Program-made: the position numbers and the translations under genes
In this document: piece after piece, positions 17,203-27,151 of the stretch
How positions within the stretch are numbered: position 1 is the stretch's first letter
How the letters are laid out: the number at the start of each line of letters is the position of its first letter
Notes under the pieces: generated by a model
What the model was told of the DNA's origin: nothing
Seen by the model: only the letters and a program-made list of their open reading frames with translations
Databases searched by the model: none
Source: Candidatus Dormibacteria bacterium
GTDB lineage: Bacteria; Chloroflexota; Dormibacteria; Aeolococcales; Aeolococcaceae
Reading direction: 5' to 3'
Assembly (NCBI GenBank): GCA_049511615.1
Contig: JBEKXW010000002.1
Location: forward strand, 72,499 to 136,498
Length of the DNA stretch: 64,000 nt

Positions 17203-19976
17203 TGTCCACCGAGCTCGTCGCCTTCGACCTCGAGACGACCGGTCTCTCGCCGAAGAGCGAGCGGGTCATCGAGATCGGCGCCGTCCGCTTTGGGCTCGAC
17301 GGACAGACCACCCGCGAACTCCAGCTCCTGGTCGACCCGGGCATCCCGGTCCCGCTGCCGGTGCAGCGGCTGACCGGGATCACCTCGACCGAGCTGGCCG
17401 GGCAGCCGTCCCCCGTCGAGGCGGTGGCCCAGCTCGCCGGCTTCTGCGAGGGCGCGGAGCTGGTTGGGCATGGGGCCGGGTTCGACCTCGCCTTCTGCGC
17501 CCAGCTCCTCCCCGCGACCTTCGGCCGGCGCGAGGCGCTCGACACCCTGGAGCTGGCCCGCATCCTGCTGCCGGTCGCCGCCAGCCACAACCTCGGCGCC
17601 CTGGCCCGGCTCCTGGGGCTGCGCCACGAGCGCCCCCATCGGGCGCTCAGCGACGCCCAGGCGACCGCGGCGCTCTTCGAGTGGCTCCTGGCCGAGGCGG
17701 CCTCGATCCGGGCGGCGACCTTCGCCGAGATGCACCGGGTGGCGGCACAGTCCCCGTCGCCGCTGCTGCGCTTCTTCGACCTGGCCGCCGCGGAGCGGGG
17801 CTCGCGCCCGGCGGTGGGGGTCCCGGCGCGCGCCCTGGGCCGGCCCGAGACCCCCGCGGGAGCCGCGGAGCCGTCGCCGGCGGCGGAGGACGTCGAGCTC
17901 TCCGAGAGCGACCGCGCGTCGCTCCTCTCGGGCACCCTGGCCGACGCGGCGGTCCGGCTGATCGGGCCCGGCGGCCGTCTGGCCGAGCGTCCCGGCTATG
18001 AGTACCGGGAAGCCCAGGAACAGATGGCACGGGCGGTCGCCCAGAGCCTCGAACGGGGCGGTCGCCTGCTGGTCGAGGCGGGGACGGGGGTCGGCAAGAC
18101 CCTCGGCTACCTGGCTCCGCTGGCGCTCTGGGCCGAGCGCGGCGGCGGCCGGGCCGTGGTCGCCACCCGCACCATCACCCTGCAGGAGCAGCTCGCCGGC
18201 CGCGACCTTCCGGCCCTCCAGCCCCACCTGCCCCGACCGCTCGGCTGGGCCGTCGTCAAGGGGCGCAGCCACTACATCAGCCTGCGGAGGTTCCAGCGTC
18301 ACCTCCGGCGCGACGATGCCGGTCCGCGGGGCCCGGATCTCGACGTCATCCGGTTCAAGCTCAAGCTGCTCCGCTGGCTCGACCTCACCCGCACCGGGGA
18401 TCGTGCGGAGCTGCACCTCGGCGCCGTCGAGCGTGAGCTGTGGCGGGCCGTGGAGTCGACCGCGGACGACTGCCTGGGCAGCGCCTGCGCCAACTGGCGG
18501 ACCGGCGCCTGCCACATGGTGGCCGCCCGGCGGGCGGCGGCCACCGCCGAGCTGGTGGTGACCAACCACGCCCTCCTGCTCAGCGGCGAGCCCACCGAGG
18601 GGCGCCTGCTCGGCGACTACGCCGCCCTGGTCGTCGACGAGGCCCACAACCTCGAGGAGTCGGCGACCCACGTGGGCGGTCACCGCCTGCGTGGCGCCGA
18701 CGTCGTCCGGGCCCTCGATCGCCTCCCCGGCATCGCCGACCCCCGGCTGACCGCCTTCCTTGACGCCTGCCGCGACGCCGCCAACGGGCTCTTCGGGGAG
18801 ACCAAGGGGCTGCTCGGGGAGCGCCTCGGCGGGGAGGGGGCGTCCAGTGGAAGCCTGAGCCTCACCGACGAGCTGCTGGCCGAAGCCCGGCTGCAGCCCC
18901 TGGTGCGCAATGCCCAGCACGCCGTCACCGTCCTCCGCCGCGCCGCCGACGCCCTGCGCGCCGCCGATCCCGCCGGCCTCGAAGCCGACCTGCTGCCGCA
19001 GCCGGACCGGGGAGAGGAGGAGCTGGCGCTGGCCGCCGCGGCACTCGAGGGCTCGGCCACCGCCGTGGACGAGGTGCTGCTCCACCGCCGGGACGGGCAC
19101 GTCGCCTGGCTGGAGCTGCGCGCGGAGCAGGCCGAGCTGCGCGACGCCTCGGTGGCGGCGGGGGCGGCGCTTGGAGACGGGATCCTCGACGCGGCCCGAA
19201 CCGTGGTGCTCACCTCGGCGACGCTGGCGATCGCCGGGGATTTCGGGTTCGTGCGGGAGCGCCTCGGGCTGGGAGCGCGCACCGACGAGCTGTCGCTCGC
19301 CTCACCCTACGACTACCTCAGCCAGGCCCTCTGCGTCACGGTTTCCGACATCCCTCCGTACGACGCCCCGGAGTACGAGCAGGCCCTGGCGTCCATCACC
19401 GCCGACATCGCCCGCCGGCTGGGCGGCCGGACCCTCGGGCTCTTCACCGGCTACGGCGCCCTGCGGCGCATCCGCGATCTGGTCGGGCGGCGCCTCGCCG
19501 GCACCCAGATCTCGGTTCTCGGCCAGGGCCTGGACGGGACCCGCCGCCAGCTGCTGGCGTCCTTCGTGGAGAACCCGCGCACCGTCCTGCTCGGCACCAG
19601 CACCTTCTGGGAGGGGATCGACGTCCCCGGCGACGCGCTCCAATGCGTCATCATCGCCAAGCTCCCCTTCGCCGTCCCCACCGATCCGCTGGTGCGGGCG
19701 CGCACCGCCGAGCTGCGCGACCCGTTCGGTGGCTATGTCCTGCCGGAGGCTGTGATCCGGCTGCGCCAGGGCTTCGGGCGGCTGATCCGCTCCGGCACCG
19801 ACCGCGGGGTGGTGGTGATCGCCGACTCGCGCCTCCAGAGCCGTGACTACGCGCGCCGCTTCCTGGAGGCGCTGCCTCCGGCCGCGGTGGCCCGCGAGCC
19901 GGTCGCGGGGGTGGCCACCCGGGTCGCCGCCTTCGTGCACCCGGCCGCGGATGGCGGACAATCGGCCCCATGGTGA
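17202..19976 (+). CDS. dinG: DnaQ-like 3'-5' exonuclease fused to a DinG family helicase
   Basis: N-terminal FDLETTG...HRALSDA (DEDDh); REAQEQM, EAGTGVGKT, DEAH, TSATL, FWEGIDVPG, LRQGFGRLIRS. Confidence 0.92.
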   Translation: MSTELVAFDLETTGLSPKSERVIEIGAVRFGLDGQTTRELQLLVDPGIPVPLPVQRLTGITSTELAGQPSPVEAVAQLAGFCEGAELVGHGAGFDLAFCAQLLPATFGRREALDTLELARILLPVAASHNLGALARLLGLRHERPHRALSDAQATAALFEWLLAEAASIRAATFAEMHRVAAQSPSPLLRFFDLAAAERGSRPAVGVPARALGRPETPAGAAEPSPAAEDVELSESDRASLLSGTLADAAVRLIGPGGRLAERPGYEYREAQEQMARAVAQSLERGGRLLVEAGTGVGKTLGYLAPLALWAERGGGRAVVATRTITLQEQLAGRDLPALQPHLPRPLGWAVVKGRSHYISLRRFQRHLRRDDAGPRGPDLDVIRFKLKLLRWLDLTRTGDRAELHLGAVERELWRAVESTADDCLGSACANWRTGACHMVAARRAAATAELVVTNHALLLSGEPTEGRLLGDYAALVVDEAHNLEESATHVGGHRLRGADVVRALDRLPGIADPRLTAFLDACRDAANGLFGETKGLLGERLGGEGASSGSLSLTDELLAEARLQPLVRNAQHAVTVLRRAADALRAADPAGLEADLLPQPDRGEEELALAAAALEGSATAVDEVLLHRRDGHVAWLELRAEQAELRDASVAAGAALGDGILDAARTVVLTSATLAIAGDFGFVRERLGLGARTDELSLASPYDYLSQALCVTVSDIPPYDAPEYEQALASITADIARRLGGRTLGLFTGYGALRRIRDLVGRRLAGTQISVLGQGLDGTRRQLLASFVENPRTVLLGTSTFWEGIDVPGDALQCVIIAKLPFAVPTDPLVRARTAELRDPFGGYVLPEAVIRLRQGFGRLIRSGTDRGVVVIADSRLQSRDYARRFLEALPPAAVAREPVAGVATRVAAFVHPAADGGQSAPW

Positions 19977-20938
19977 CGACCACCGGACCCATCACCGGCC
20001 TGCCCACCCCGGCCGGCGAGCCACGGCCGGAGGCGGCCGCCGTCGCCGAGCCTGGCCCCCGCACCGACGTCGTGGTGGCGCTCGCCCAGCTGGCGCCCAG
20101 GCTCGGCGACCTCCGCGCCAACGTGGCCCGCCACCTGGAGCTCATCGGCGACGCGGCCAGGCGCGGGGCCGACCTGGTGGTCTTCCCCGAGCTCTCGCTC
20201 ACCGGGTACTTCCTGAAGGACCTGGTCACCGACAGCGCCGTGGTTCTCGGCGGGCCCGAGCTGCGGGCTCTCGCCGAGGCGACCCGCGCCGTCGACGCCG
20301 TGGTGGGCTGCATCCTGGAGGGCGACGACCACCGCTTCCACAACGCGGCCGTCTACCTCTCCGGTGGGGAGATCGTCCACGTCCACCGCAAGGTGTACCT
20401 GCCCACCTACGGCCTCTTCGACGAGGCGCGCGACCTCGCCGCGGGCAGCCGCTTCCGGGCCTTCGCGGCGCCCCTCCGATCCGCGTCGCCGCCGCGCCCC
20501 TGGCGGGCCGGGATCCTCGTCTGCGAGGACCTCTGGCACCCGAGCTCGGCGTACCTGCTGGCGCGCGACGGCGTCGACTTGATCATCTGCCCGTCGGCGT
20601 CGCCCGGCCGCGGCGTGGCCGGCGGCTCGGAGCTCGGCACTGCCCAGAGCTACGACGTCATCACCCGCACCTACGCCCAGCTCTTCACCGCCTACGTCGT
20701 CTACTGCAACCGGGTCGGCTACGAGGACGGCGTGAACTTCTGGGGCGGCTCCCGGGTGGTCGACCCCGAGGGTCACCTGGACGGCGAGCCCGCCGGTCGC
20801 GAGGAGGAGATGCCGCTCCACGGCCTCGACCTGGCGGCACTGCGCCGCGCCCGGATCGCCAACCCCATGCTCCGCGACGAGCGCCACGACATCGTCGACG
20901 CCGAGGCCCACCGGCTGCGCCGCCGCGACCGTGACTGA
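19970..20938 (+). CDS. Carbon-nitrogen hydrolase (nitrilase fold), likely glutaminase subunit of NAD synthetase
   Basis: Catalytic triad contexts FPEL, HRKVYLPTYGLFDE.R, VCEDLW; overlaps nadE. Confidence 0.85.
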   Translation: MVTTTGPITGLPTPAGEPRPEAAAVAEPGPRTDVVVALAQLAPRLGDLRANVARHLELIGDAARRGADLVVFPELSLTGYFLKDLVTDSAVVLGGPELRALAEATRAVDAVVGCILEGDDHRFHNAAVYLSGGEIVHVHRKVYLPTYGLFDEARDLAAGSRFRAFAAPLRSASPPRPWRAGILVCEDLWHPSSAYLLARDGVDLIICPSASPGRGVAGGSELGTAQSYDVITRTYAQLFTAYVVYCNRVGYEDGVNFWGGSRVVDPEGHLDGEPAGREEEMPLHGLDLAALRRARIANPMLRDERHDIVDAEAHRLRRRDRD

Positions 20939-21791
20939 GCCGTCCGCCGGACCGAGCCCGGGGGCCCCGGCCGCCGCGCTCGACGTCGACTGCGCCCTGG
21001 TCACGGAGATCCTGACCGGCTTCGTCCGCGCGGAGGTGCGCAAGGTCGGGTTCGAGCGGGGCGTCGTCGGGCTCTCCGGAGGCATCGACTCCGCCGTCAC
21101 CCTGGCGCTGGTCTGCCGCGCCCTGAGCGCGGAGAACGCCATCCCGGTGATCATGCCGTACCGGGCCAGCAGCCCCGCCTCGGAGCGCGACGCCCGGCTG
21201 GTGGCCGCCCAGCTCCAGGCCACCCCCGTGGTGATCGACATCTCGGCGCAGATCGACGCCTACTTCGGGGGTCTCCCCGACGCCGACCGCAACCGGCGCG
21301 GCAACAAGATGGCGCGCGAGCGGATGTCCATCCTCTACGACATCTCCCTGGCCCGGAGCGCGCTGGTGGTGGGAACCTCCAACAAGACCGAGCTGCTGCT
21401 CGGCTACGGCACCATCCACGGCGACATGGCCCACGCCCTCAACCCCCTCGGCGACCTCTACAAGACCCAGGTCTTCGCGCTCGCCCGCCACCTCGACCTG
21501 CCCGCGGTGGTCATCGAGAAGCCGCCCTCCGCCGACCTCTGGGAGGGGCAGTCGGACGAGGACGAATTGGGCTTCGAGTACGCCCAGGTCGACCTCCTCC
21601 TGCACCACATGGTCGACGAGCGTCGCAGCCGCGCCGAGCTCCGCGCCCTCGGCTTCGCCGACCCCTTCGTGGAGCAGATCCGGCGCCGGGTGAGGGACAG
21701 CCAGTACAAGCGCCGCCCGCCCCTCATCGCCAAGCTTTCCAACCGGACCATCGACCGCGACTTCCGCTATCCGCGCGACTGGGGCCGCTGA
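20931..21791 (+). CDS. nadE: NAD+ synthetase (synthetase domain only)
   Basis: GLSGGIDS, GNKMARERM, GTSNKTE..LGYGT.HGD, DLYKTQV, KPPSADLW.GQSDEDELG. Confidence 0.95.
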   Translation: MTEPSAGPSPGAPAAALDVDCALVTEILTGFVRAEVRKVGFERGVVGLSGGIDSAVTLALVCRALSAENAIPVIMPYRASSPASERDARLVAAQLQATPVVIDISAQIDAYFGGLPDADRNRRGNKMARERMSILYDISLARSALVVGTSNKTELLLGYGTIHGDMAHALNPLGDLYKTQVFALARHLDLPAVVIEKPPSADLWEGQSDEDELGFEYAQVDLLLHHMVDERRSRAELRALGFADPFVEQIRRRVRDSQYKRRPPLIAKLSNRTIDRDFRYPRDWGR

Positions 21792-22480
21792 CGAGCGCCG
21801 ACACGCCTCCCGGGGCGCGCCTCACGGTCCTGGCAACGCCCATCGGAAACCTGGAGGACGTGAGCCGGCGGGCCGAGCGGGCGCTCCGCGAGTGCGACGC
21901 CGTGGTCGCCGAGGACACCCGGCGCACCCGCATTCTGCTCCGCGCGCTGGGCATCGACCGTCCGGTGCTCTCCCTGCCGGCCTTCGACGAGGAGCGGCGG
22001 GTCCCGGCTCTGCTGGCGCGGCTGGAGTCCGGCCAGCGTCTCATCCTCTGCTCCGACGCCGGCACCCCCGCGGTGAGCGATCCCGGCAGCCGGCTGGTCG
22101 CGGCCGCCCACCGGGCCGGGATCCCGGTCACCGTGGTCCCCGGCCCGAGCGCGGTCACCGCGGCGGTGAGCGGCAGCGGCCTGGGCGGGGGAGGGGGCTT
22201 CGTCTTCCTGGGCTTCCCGCCGCGCTCGCCGGGACGGCTGCGCCGCAGGGTGGAGGCGGCGCTCGGGTTGGGTGTCCCGGTGGTCATGTTCGAGGCCGCG
22301 AACCGCCTCGCCAGGACCCTGGAGCTGATCGCGCCGCTCACCGCCGGCCGGCCGGTCGCCGTCGCCCGGGAATTGACTAAAGTCCACGAGACCTTCCATC
22401 GCGGCACCGCCCCCGAGCTGGCCGAGGAGTTCCGCCGCCAGCCGCCGCGGGGGGAGTGCACCATCGTCATCGGAACATGA
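21788..22480 (+). CDS. rsmI: 16S rRNA C1402 2'-O-methyltransferase
   Basis: ATPIGNLED, AEDTR, SDAGTPAVSDPG, PGPSA, RELTKVHE. The conserved N-terminal motif lies upstream of the first GTG (21860), so the start is placed at CTG 21788, overlapping the nadE stop. Confidence 0.9.
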   Translation: MTSADTPPGARLTVLATPIGNLEDVSRRAERALRECDAVVAEDTRRTRILLRALGIDRPVLSLPAFDEERRVPALLARLESGQRLILCSDAGTPAVSDPGSRLVAAAHRAGIPVTVVPGPSAVTAAVSGSGLGGGGGFVFLGFPPRSPGRLRRRVEAALGLGVPVVMFEAANRLARTLELIAPLTAGRPVAVARELTKVHETFHRGTAPELAEEFRRQPPRGECTIVIGT

Positions 22481-24018
22481 GCGGCGCCTACTACGTCACC
22501 GCGGCCATCGACTACGTCAACGGCGACCCGCACCTCGGCCACGTCTACGAGAAGGTGGGCTGCGACGTGCTGGCCCGCCACCGACGGCTGCGCGGCGACG
22601 ACGTGCGCTTCACCGTTGGCACCGACGAGCACAGCCAGTCGGTGCTCCGGGCGGCGCGGGACCGGGGCGTCAGCGCCCAGGACTTCGTGACCGCCCAGGC
22701 GGCGAGGTTCCGCGCCCTCTACGACTCCCTGGACATTGCCTACACCGCGTTCGTCCGGACCAGCGGCGACGCCAACCGCCGCAGCACCGAGCGTCTGATG
22801 CAGGCGGTCCACGACGCCGGCTTCATCTACAAGGGCTGGTACCGCGCCTGGCTCTGCCCCTCCTGCGAGCGCTACTACGCCGACAAGGAGCTGATCGCCG
22901 GGCTCTGCCCCGTCCACGAGCGCCCCGTCGAGCTGGTCGAGGAGGACAACTACTTCTTCCGGCTCAGCGACTTCGAGGGCCGCCTCCTCGAGCACTTCGA
23001 GAAGCACCCGAGGTTCCTCGTCCCGGAGCCGCGGCGCAACGAGATCCTGAGCCTGATCCGCGGCGGCCTGGAGGACATCAGCGTCAGCCGGGGCTTCTCC
23101 GATTGGGGCTTCCCGCTCCCCTTCGACCCCTCCCAGGTGGTCTACGTCTGGTTCGACGCGCTGATCAGCTACCTCACCGGGGTGGGCTACGCCGCCGACG
23201 ACCAGGAGTTCGAGCGCTTCTGGCCCGCCGACGTCCACGTCATCGGCAAGGACATCACCCGGTTCCACGCCGTGATGTGGCCGGCGATGCTGATGGCGGC
23301 CGGCATCCCGCTCCCCCGGCGGGTCCATTCCCACGGCTTCATGACCCTGGGCGGCGAGAAGATGAGCAAGACCCGCGGCGTGTTCGTCGAGCCCACCGCC
23401 CTGACGCGGCAGTTCGGCAGCGACGCGGTGCGCTACGTGCTGATGGCGGAGGTCCCGTTCGACCGCGACGGCGACTTCTCCATGGAGAGCTTCGTCGACC
23501 GCCACAACGCCGACCTCGCCAACGACTACGGCAACCTGGTGTCGCGCACCGAGAAGATGGTCCAGCGCTACTTCGAGGGCCGGGTCCCGGAGCGGGGAGG
23601 GGCGGAGCCCATCGACGCCGAGCTGGGCGACCTGGCCGCCGCGGTCATCCCCGAGTACGACGCGGCCATGGACCGCCTCGACTTCACCGCGGCCCTCGGG
23701 GCGGTGCGCCGGCTGGTGGGTCGGGCCAACAAGTACATCGAGGAGACCGCCCCCTGGAAGCTGCGCAGCGCGGGCGACGGCCGGCTCGGCACCGTCTGCG
23801 CCGAGCTGCTGGAGGCGGTTCGGGTCAGCACCCTGCTGCTCCACCCCTTCATCCCCCGGGCCACCGCGCGGGTGGCCGGGGACCTCGGCATCGGGCTGGG
23901 CGGCGACCAGACCGCGGCGGTGCACAGCTGGCCGGGGCTGCACGGGGGAGCGCCGGTCAGGGTGGGCGACATCCTCTTCCCCCGATTGGATCGTGAGGCG
24001 ATCCTGAGCGCGCGATGA
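22477..24018 (+). CDS. metG: Methionine--tRNA ligase (short form, no C-terminal tRNA-binding domain)
   Basis: YVTAAIDYVNGDPHLGH, GTDEH, CPSC..CPVH knuckle, YVWFDAL, GKDI, KMSKT. Confidence 0.96.
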   Translation: MSGAYYVTAAIDYVNGDPHLGHVYEKVGCDVLARHRRLRGDDVRFTVGTDEHSQSVLRAARDRGVSAQDFVTAQAARFRALYDSLDIAYTAFVRTSGDANRRSTERLMQAVHDAGFIYKGWYRAWLCPSCERYYADKELIAGLCPVHERPVELVEEDNYFFRLSDFEGRLLEHFEKHPRFLVPEPRRNEILSLIRGGLEDISVSRGFSDWGFPLPFDPSQVVYVWFDALISYLTGVGYAADDQEFERFWPADVHVIGKDITRFHAVMWPAMLMAAGIPLPRRVHSHGFMTLGGEKMSKTRGVFVEPTALTRQFGSDAVRYVLMAEVPFDRDGDFSMESFVDRHNADLANDYGNLVSRTEKMVQRYFEGRVPERGGAEPIDAELGDLAAAVIPEYDAAMDRLDFTAALGAVRRLVGRANKYIEETAPWKLRSAGDGRLGTVCAELLEAVRVSTLLLHPFIPRATARVAGDLGIGLGGDQTAAVHSWPGLHGGAPVRVGDILFPRLDREAILSAR

Positions 24019-24854
24019 GCGACCCAGGCACCACCGCCGCGGGACGCGAGCCGCTGGTCGACAGCCACTGCCACCTCCAGATCCTCGCCGAGCGGGAGGG
24101 CGGCGCCGGGGTGGCCCGGGCCCTCGAGCAGGCCGTGGCCGCGGGCGTCGAGCAGATTGTCTGTCCGGGCCTCAACCTGGAGGACAGCCACCGCTGCCGG
24201 GAGATCGCCGAGGCGCATCCGGGTGTCTTCTTCACGGTGGGCTGGCATCCCCACGAGCGCGCGGCACCCGATCGCGCCCAGCTCGACGCGCTCGACCAGC
24301 TGCTCGGGCATCCGCGCGCGGTGGGTGTCGGCGAGGTGGGGCTCGACCAGTACTGGCGGCCGGGGTACCACGAGACACCCCTGGAGGTGCAGCAGGCCGC
24401 CCTCCATCGGATGCTCGAATTGGCGCGCGCCCACGCCCTGCCCGTGGTGATCCACGACCGCGACAGCCACGCGGAGGTGCTCACCGCGGTGGACGCGATC
24501 CTCGGGGTGCGCGGCGTGATGCACAGCTTCACCGGGGACGCCGCCCATGCCCGGCGGTGCCGTGAGAGGGGATTCCTGGTCTCCTTCTCGGGGATCGTCA
24601 CCTTCCCCCGCAGCGAGGGGATCCAGGATGCGGCCCGCACGGTCGACGGCGAGGGCTACCTGGTCGAGACCGACACCCCATTCCTCGCGCCGGTGCCCCA
24701 CCGCGGGCGCGCCAACACCCCCGCCTACGTGGCCGCGACCGCGGCCGCCCTGGCCCGGCTGCGCGGCGTGGACGCGGGGAGCGTCGCCGCCCAGACCACC
24801 GCCAACGCGCGACGTCTCTTCGGTCTCGCCGCGGAGGACCGGCTCCATGGCTGA
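24015..24854 (+). CDS. tatD: TatD family hydrolase
   Basis: DSHCH, GWHPH, GEVGLD, IHDRD, HSFTG, ETDTPFLAP. Confidence 0.93.
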   Translation: MSDPGTTAAGREPLVDSHCHLQILAEREGGAGVARALEQAVAAGVEQIVCPGLNLEDSHRCREIAEAHPGVFFTVGWHPHERAAPDRAQLDALDQLLGHPRAVGVGEVGLDQYWRPGYHETPLEVQQAALHRMLELARAHALPVVIHDRDSHAEVLTAVDAILGVRGVMHSFTGDAAHARRCRERGFLVSFSGIVTFPRSEGIQDAARTVDGEGYLVETDTPFLAPVPHRGRANTPAYVAATAAALARLRGVDAGSVAAQTTANARRLFGLAAEDRLHG

Positions 24855-24902
24855 GCCGGCGGCCGTGACCCGGCCGGCCGCACCGCCCGGCGGAGGGCAG
24901 CG

Positions 24903-25757
24903 GTGACCCGGACCGCGCACGCGCTCGACCTCACCGACCCGCGTACCGTGACGGCGGTGGCCCGGCGGGCCGGGCTCCTCGCCAAGCGGCGCCTCGGCCA
25001 GCATTTCCTCATCGACCGGGCGGCACTCGACGCCATCGTGGAGGCCCTGGCGCCGGCCGCCGGCGACACCGTCTGGGAGATCGGGCCGGGGATCGGCGTG
25101 CTGACCGTCGAGCTGGCCCGCCGCGCCGCGCGCGTGGTCGCCGTCGACCTCGACCCGGCCTGCATCCGGGCCGCGCGCGGCACCCTGCGCGACCTGGCCA
25201 ACGTCGAGCTGGTCGAGGCGGACGCGCTCCGGGTCGACGCCGGCAGCCTCGGCCTCCCCGACGACCACCTGGCCGCCGGCAACCTCCCCTACAACCTCAC
25301 CGGGGCCCTGCTCGGGCACCTCTTCGAGGCGGCGCGCCCCCCGCGCCGGGCGGTCTTCCTGGTCCAACGGGAGGTCGCCGCCCGGATCGCCGCGTCCCCC
25401 GGGGGCTGGAGCCTGGCGACGGTGGCGGTGCGCTCGGTGGCCGACGTGGAGCGCCTCGGCGACATCCCGCCGAGCAGCTTCCTGCCCGCGCCGGCGGTGG
25501 CGTCGAGCATCATTCGCATGCATCCCGCCCGGCGCATGGGCGAGGAGGAGAGGAGAGAGGTGCTCCGACTGGCCCGCGCCGCCTTCCAGCTGCGGCGCAA
25601 GACTCTCCGCCACGGCCTGGCCCGTGCCCTGGGTGAGCGCGCCGCGCTGGTCGAGGCGGTGCTGGCCCGCTGCGGCGTGGACGCCGGGCGGCGCCCGGAG
25701 ACCCTCGATCTCGACGAATGGCGATGCCTGGCCCGAGCGGCGGGGGAGCTGGGATGA
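24903..25757 (+). CDS. rsmA: 16S rRNA m6,2A dimethyltransferase
   Basis: KRRLGQHFL, EIGPGIG.LT, GNLPYN, QREVA.R, F.PAP.V.S, RRKTL. Confidence 0.95.
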   Translation: MTRTAHALDLTDPRTVTAVARRAGLLAKRRLGQHFLIDRAALDAIVEALAPAAGDTVWEIGPGIGVLTVELARRAARVVAVDLDPACIRAARGTLRDLANVELVEADALRVDAGSLGLPDDHLAAGNLPYNLTGALLGHLFEAARPPRRAVFLVQREVAARIAASPGGWSLATVAVRSVADVERLGDIPPSSFLPAPAVASSIIRMHPARRMGEEERREVLRLARAAFQLRRKTLRHGLARALGERAALVEAVLARCGVDAGRRPETLDLDEWRCLARAAGELG

Positions 25758-27151
25758 GCGACGACCGTCCGCCGCCCGTCCACGGCGACCACGCCCAGCC
25801 CCTCCACTCCGTCCGCCCCGCGGTCCCGCCCCGGCCCGAGGATGCCGCCGGCTTCGCCCGGGTGCTCCGCAAAGGCGACTTCCGCTTCCTCTGGCTGGCC
25901 CAGTGCGCCAGCCAGCTCGCCCAGAACGCGATCTTCATCATCCTGCTCATCGTCATCTTCGACGAGAGCCGCCGGGCCTCCCTGTCCGCGGTGGTGGCGG
26001 TGGGCTTCACCCTCCCCGGGGTGGTGCTCAGCGCGCCCGCCGGCGTCTACGCCGACCGCCACGACAAGCGATCACTCATGCTGCTGACCAACCTCTTCCG
26101 GGTCTTCCTGCTGGTCGCCGCCGGCCTCTTCACCCTCCTCCCCGCCGTCCAGGGCCAGGCCTGGCCGCTGCTCATCGTCACCTTCGTCTTCAGCTCGGCG
26201 GGTCAGTTCTTCGCCCCCGCCGAGGCCGCCAGCATCCCCTCCCTGGTCAGCCGGGAGCAGATCCAGGGGGCCACCTCGCTGTTCATGACCACGGTCATCC
26301 TCACCATCGTCCTGGGCGCGGTCCTCGGATCGCTGAGCGTCGGCGTCTTCGGCAACTCCGTCCCCTTCTTCATCGCCGCCGGCCTGTTCGGCCTGGCCGC
26401 CCTCCTGATCTGGAGGATCGGGGCCTCGCTGCACGCGGTGCCGGAGGGCAACGCGCCCGAGAGCCACGTGATCCGGGAGCTCCGGGAGGGGCTCGGTATC
26501 CTCCGCCGGAGCCCGGCCCTCCGCCTGGCGATGATCCAGCTGGGATTGGCCCTGATCGCGGTCTTCACCGTGTATGCCCTCGGCCCGGCCTACATGAGGA
26601 AGGTCCTCGACCGCTCCCCCAACGACACCTACATCGTCCTGGTGCCCGCCACCGTGGGCCTGGTGGCGATGGCCGGGGTGCTGGGTCAGCACCTGCTCCG
26701 GCTGAGCCGGCGTGCCCTGATGGTCGCCGCCTTCGTCACCGCCGGCGCCTGCCTGGTCGCCATCGGCATCGCCCCGCCGCTCTTCCGCCACATCGGGGTC
26801 ACCGGGCTCATGCTGCCCCTGGTCATCGTCCTCGCCCTGATCTTCGGCCTGGCCCTCGGCGCCATCCTGATCCCCGCCTTCACGGTCCTGCAGGCGGGGA
26901 CCACGGAGGAGTCCCGGGGACGCATCTTCGGCGGCGTCTTCACCGTCACCAACGCCGCGGTCGCGATCCCGGTCCTGGTGGCCGGAACCCTGGCCGACTG
27001 GCTCTCGGTCGAGTTCGCGGCCGCCGCGGTGGGTGCCGCCATCGTCGCCATCGGGATCGTTTTCCGGTCCGTCTTCTGGGACCGGCTCGCCGTGCTCGAC
27101 GAGCCCACCCCGGTGACCGCGACATCCCGGGGAGCGGCTGCCAGCTCCTGA
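25754..27151 (+). CDS. Major facilitator superfamily transporter
   Basis: About 12 hydrophobic segments; motif A-like 'AGVYADRHDKR'; 'FRFLWLAQ'; 'SRGRIFG'. Confidence 0.88.
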   Translation: MSDDRPPPVHGDHAQPLHSVRPAVPPRPEDAAGFARVLRKGDFRFLWLAQCASQLAQNAIFIILLIVIFDESRRASLSAVVAVGFTLPGVVLSAPAGVYADRHDKRSLMLLTNLFRVFLLVAAGLFTLLPAVQGQAWPLLIVTFVFSSAGQFFAPAEAASIPSLVSREQIQGATSLFMTTVILTIVLGAVLGSLSVGVFGNSVPFFIAAGLFGLAALLIWRIGASLHAVPEGNAPESHVIRELREGLGILRRSPALRLAMIQLGLALIAVFTVYALGPAYMRKVLDRSPNDTYIVLVPATVGLVAMAGVLGQHLLRLSRRALMVAAFVTAGACLVAIGIAPPLFRHIGVTGLMLPLVIVLALIFGLALGAILIPAFTVLQAGTTEESRGRIFGGVFTVTNAAVAIPVLVAGTLADWLSVEFAAAAVGAAIVAIGIVFRSVFWDRLAVLDEPTPVTATSRGAAASS

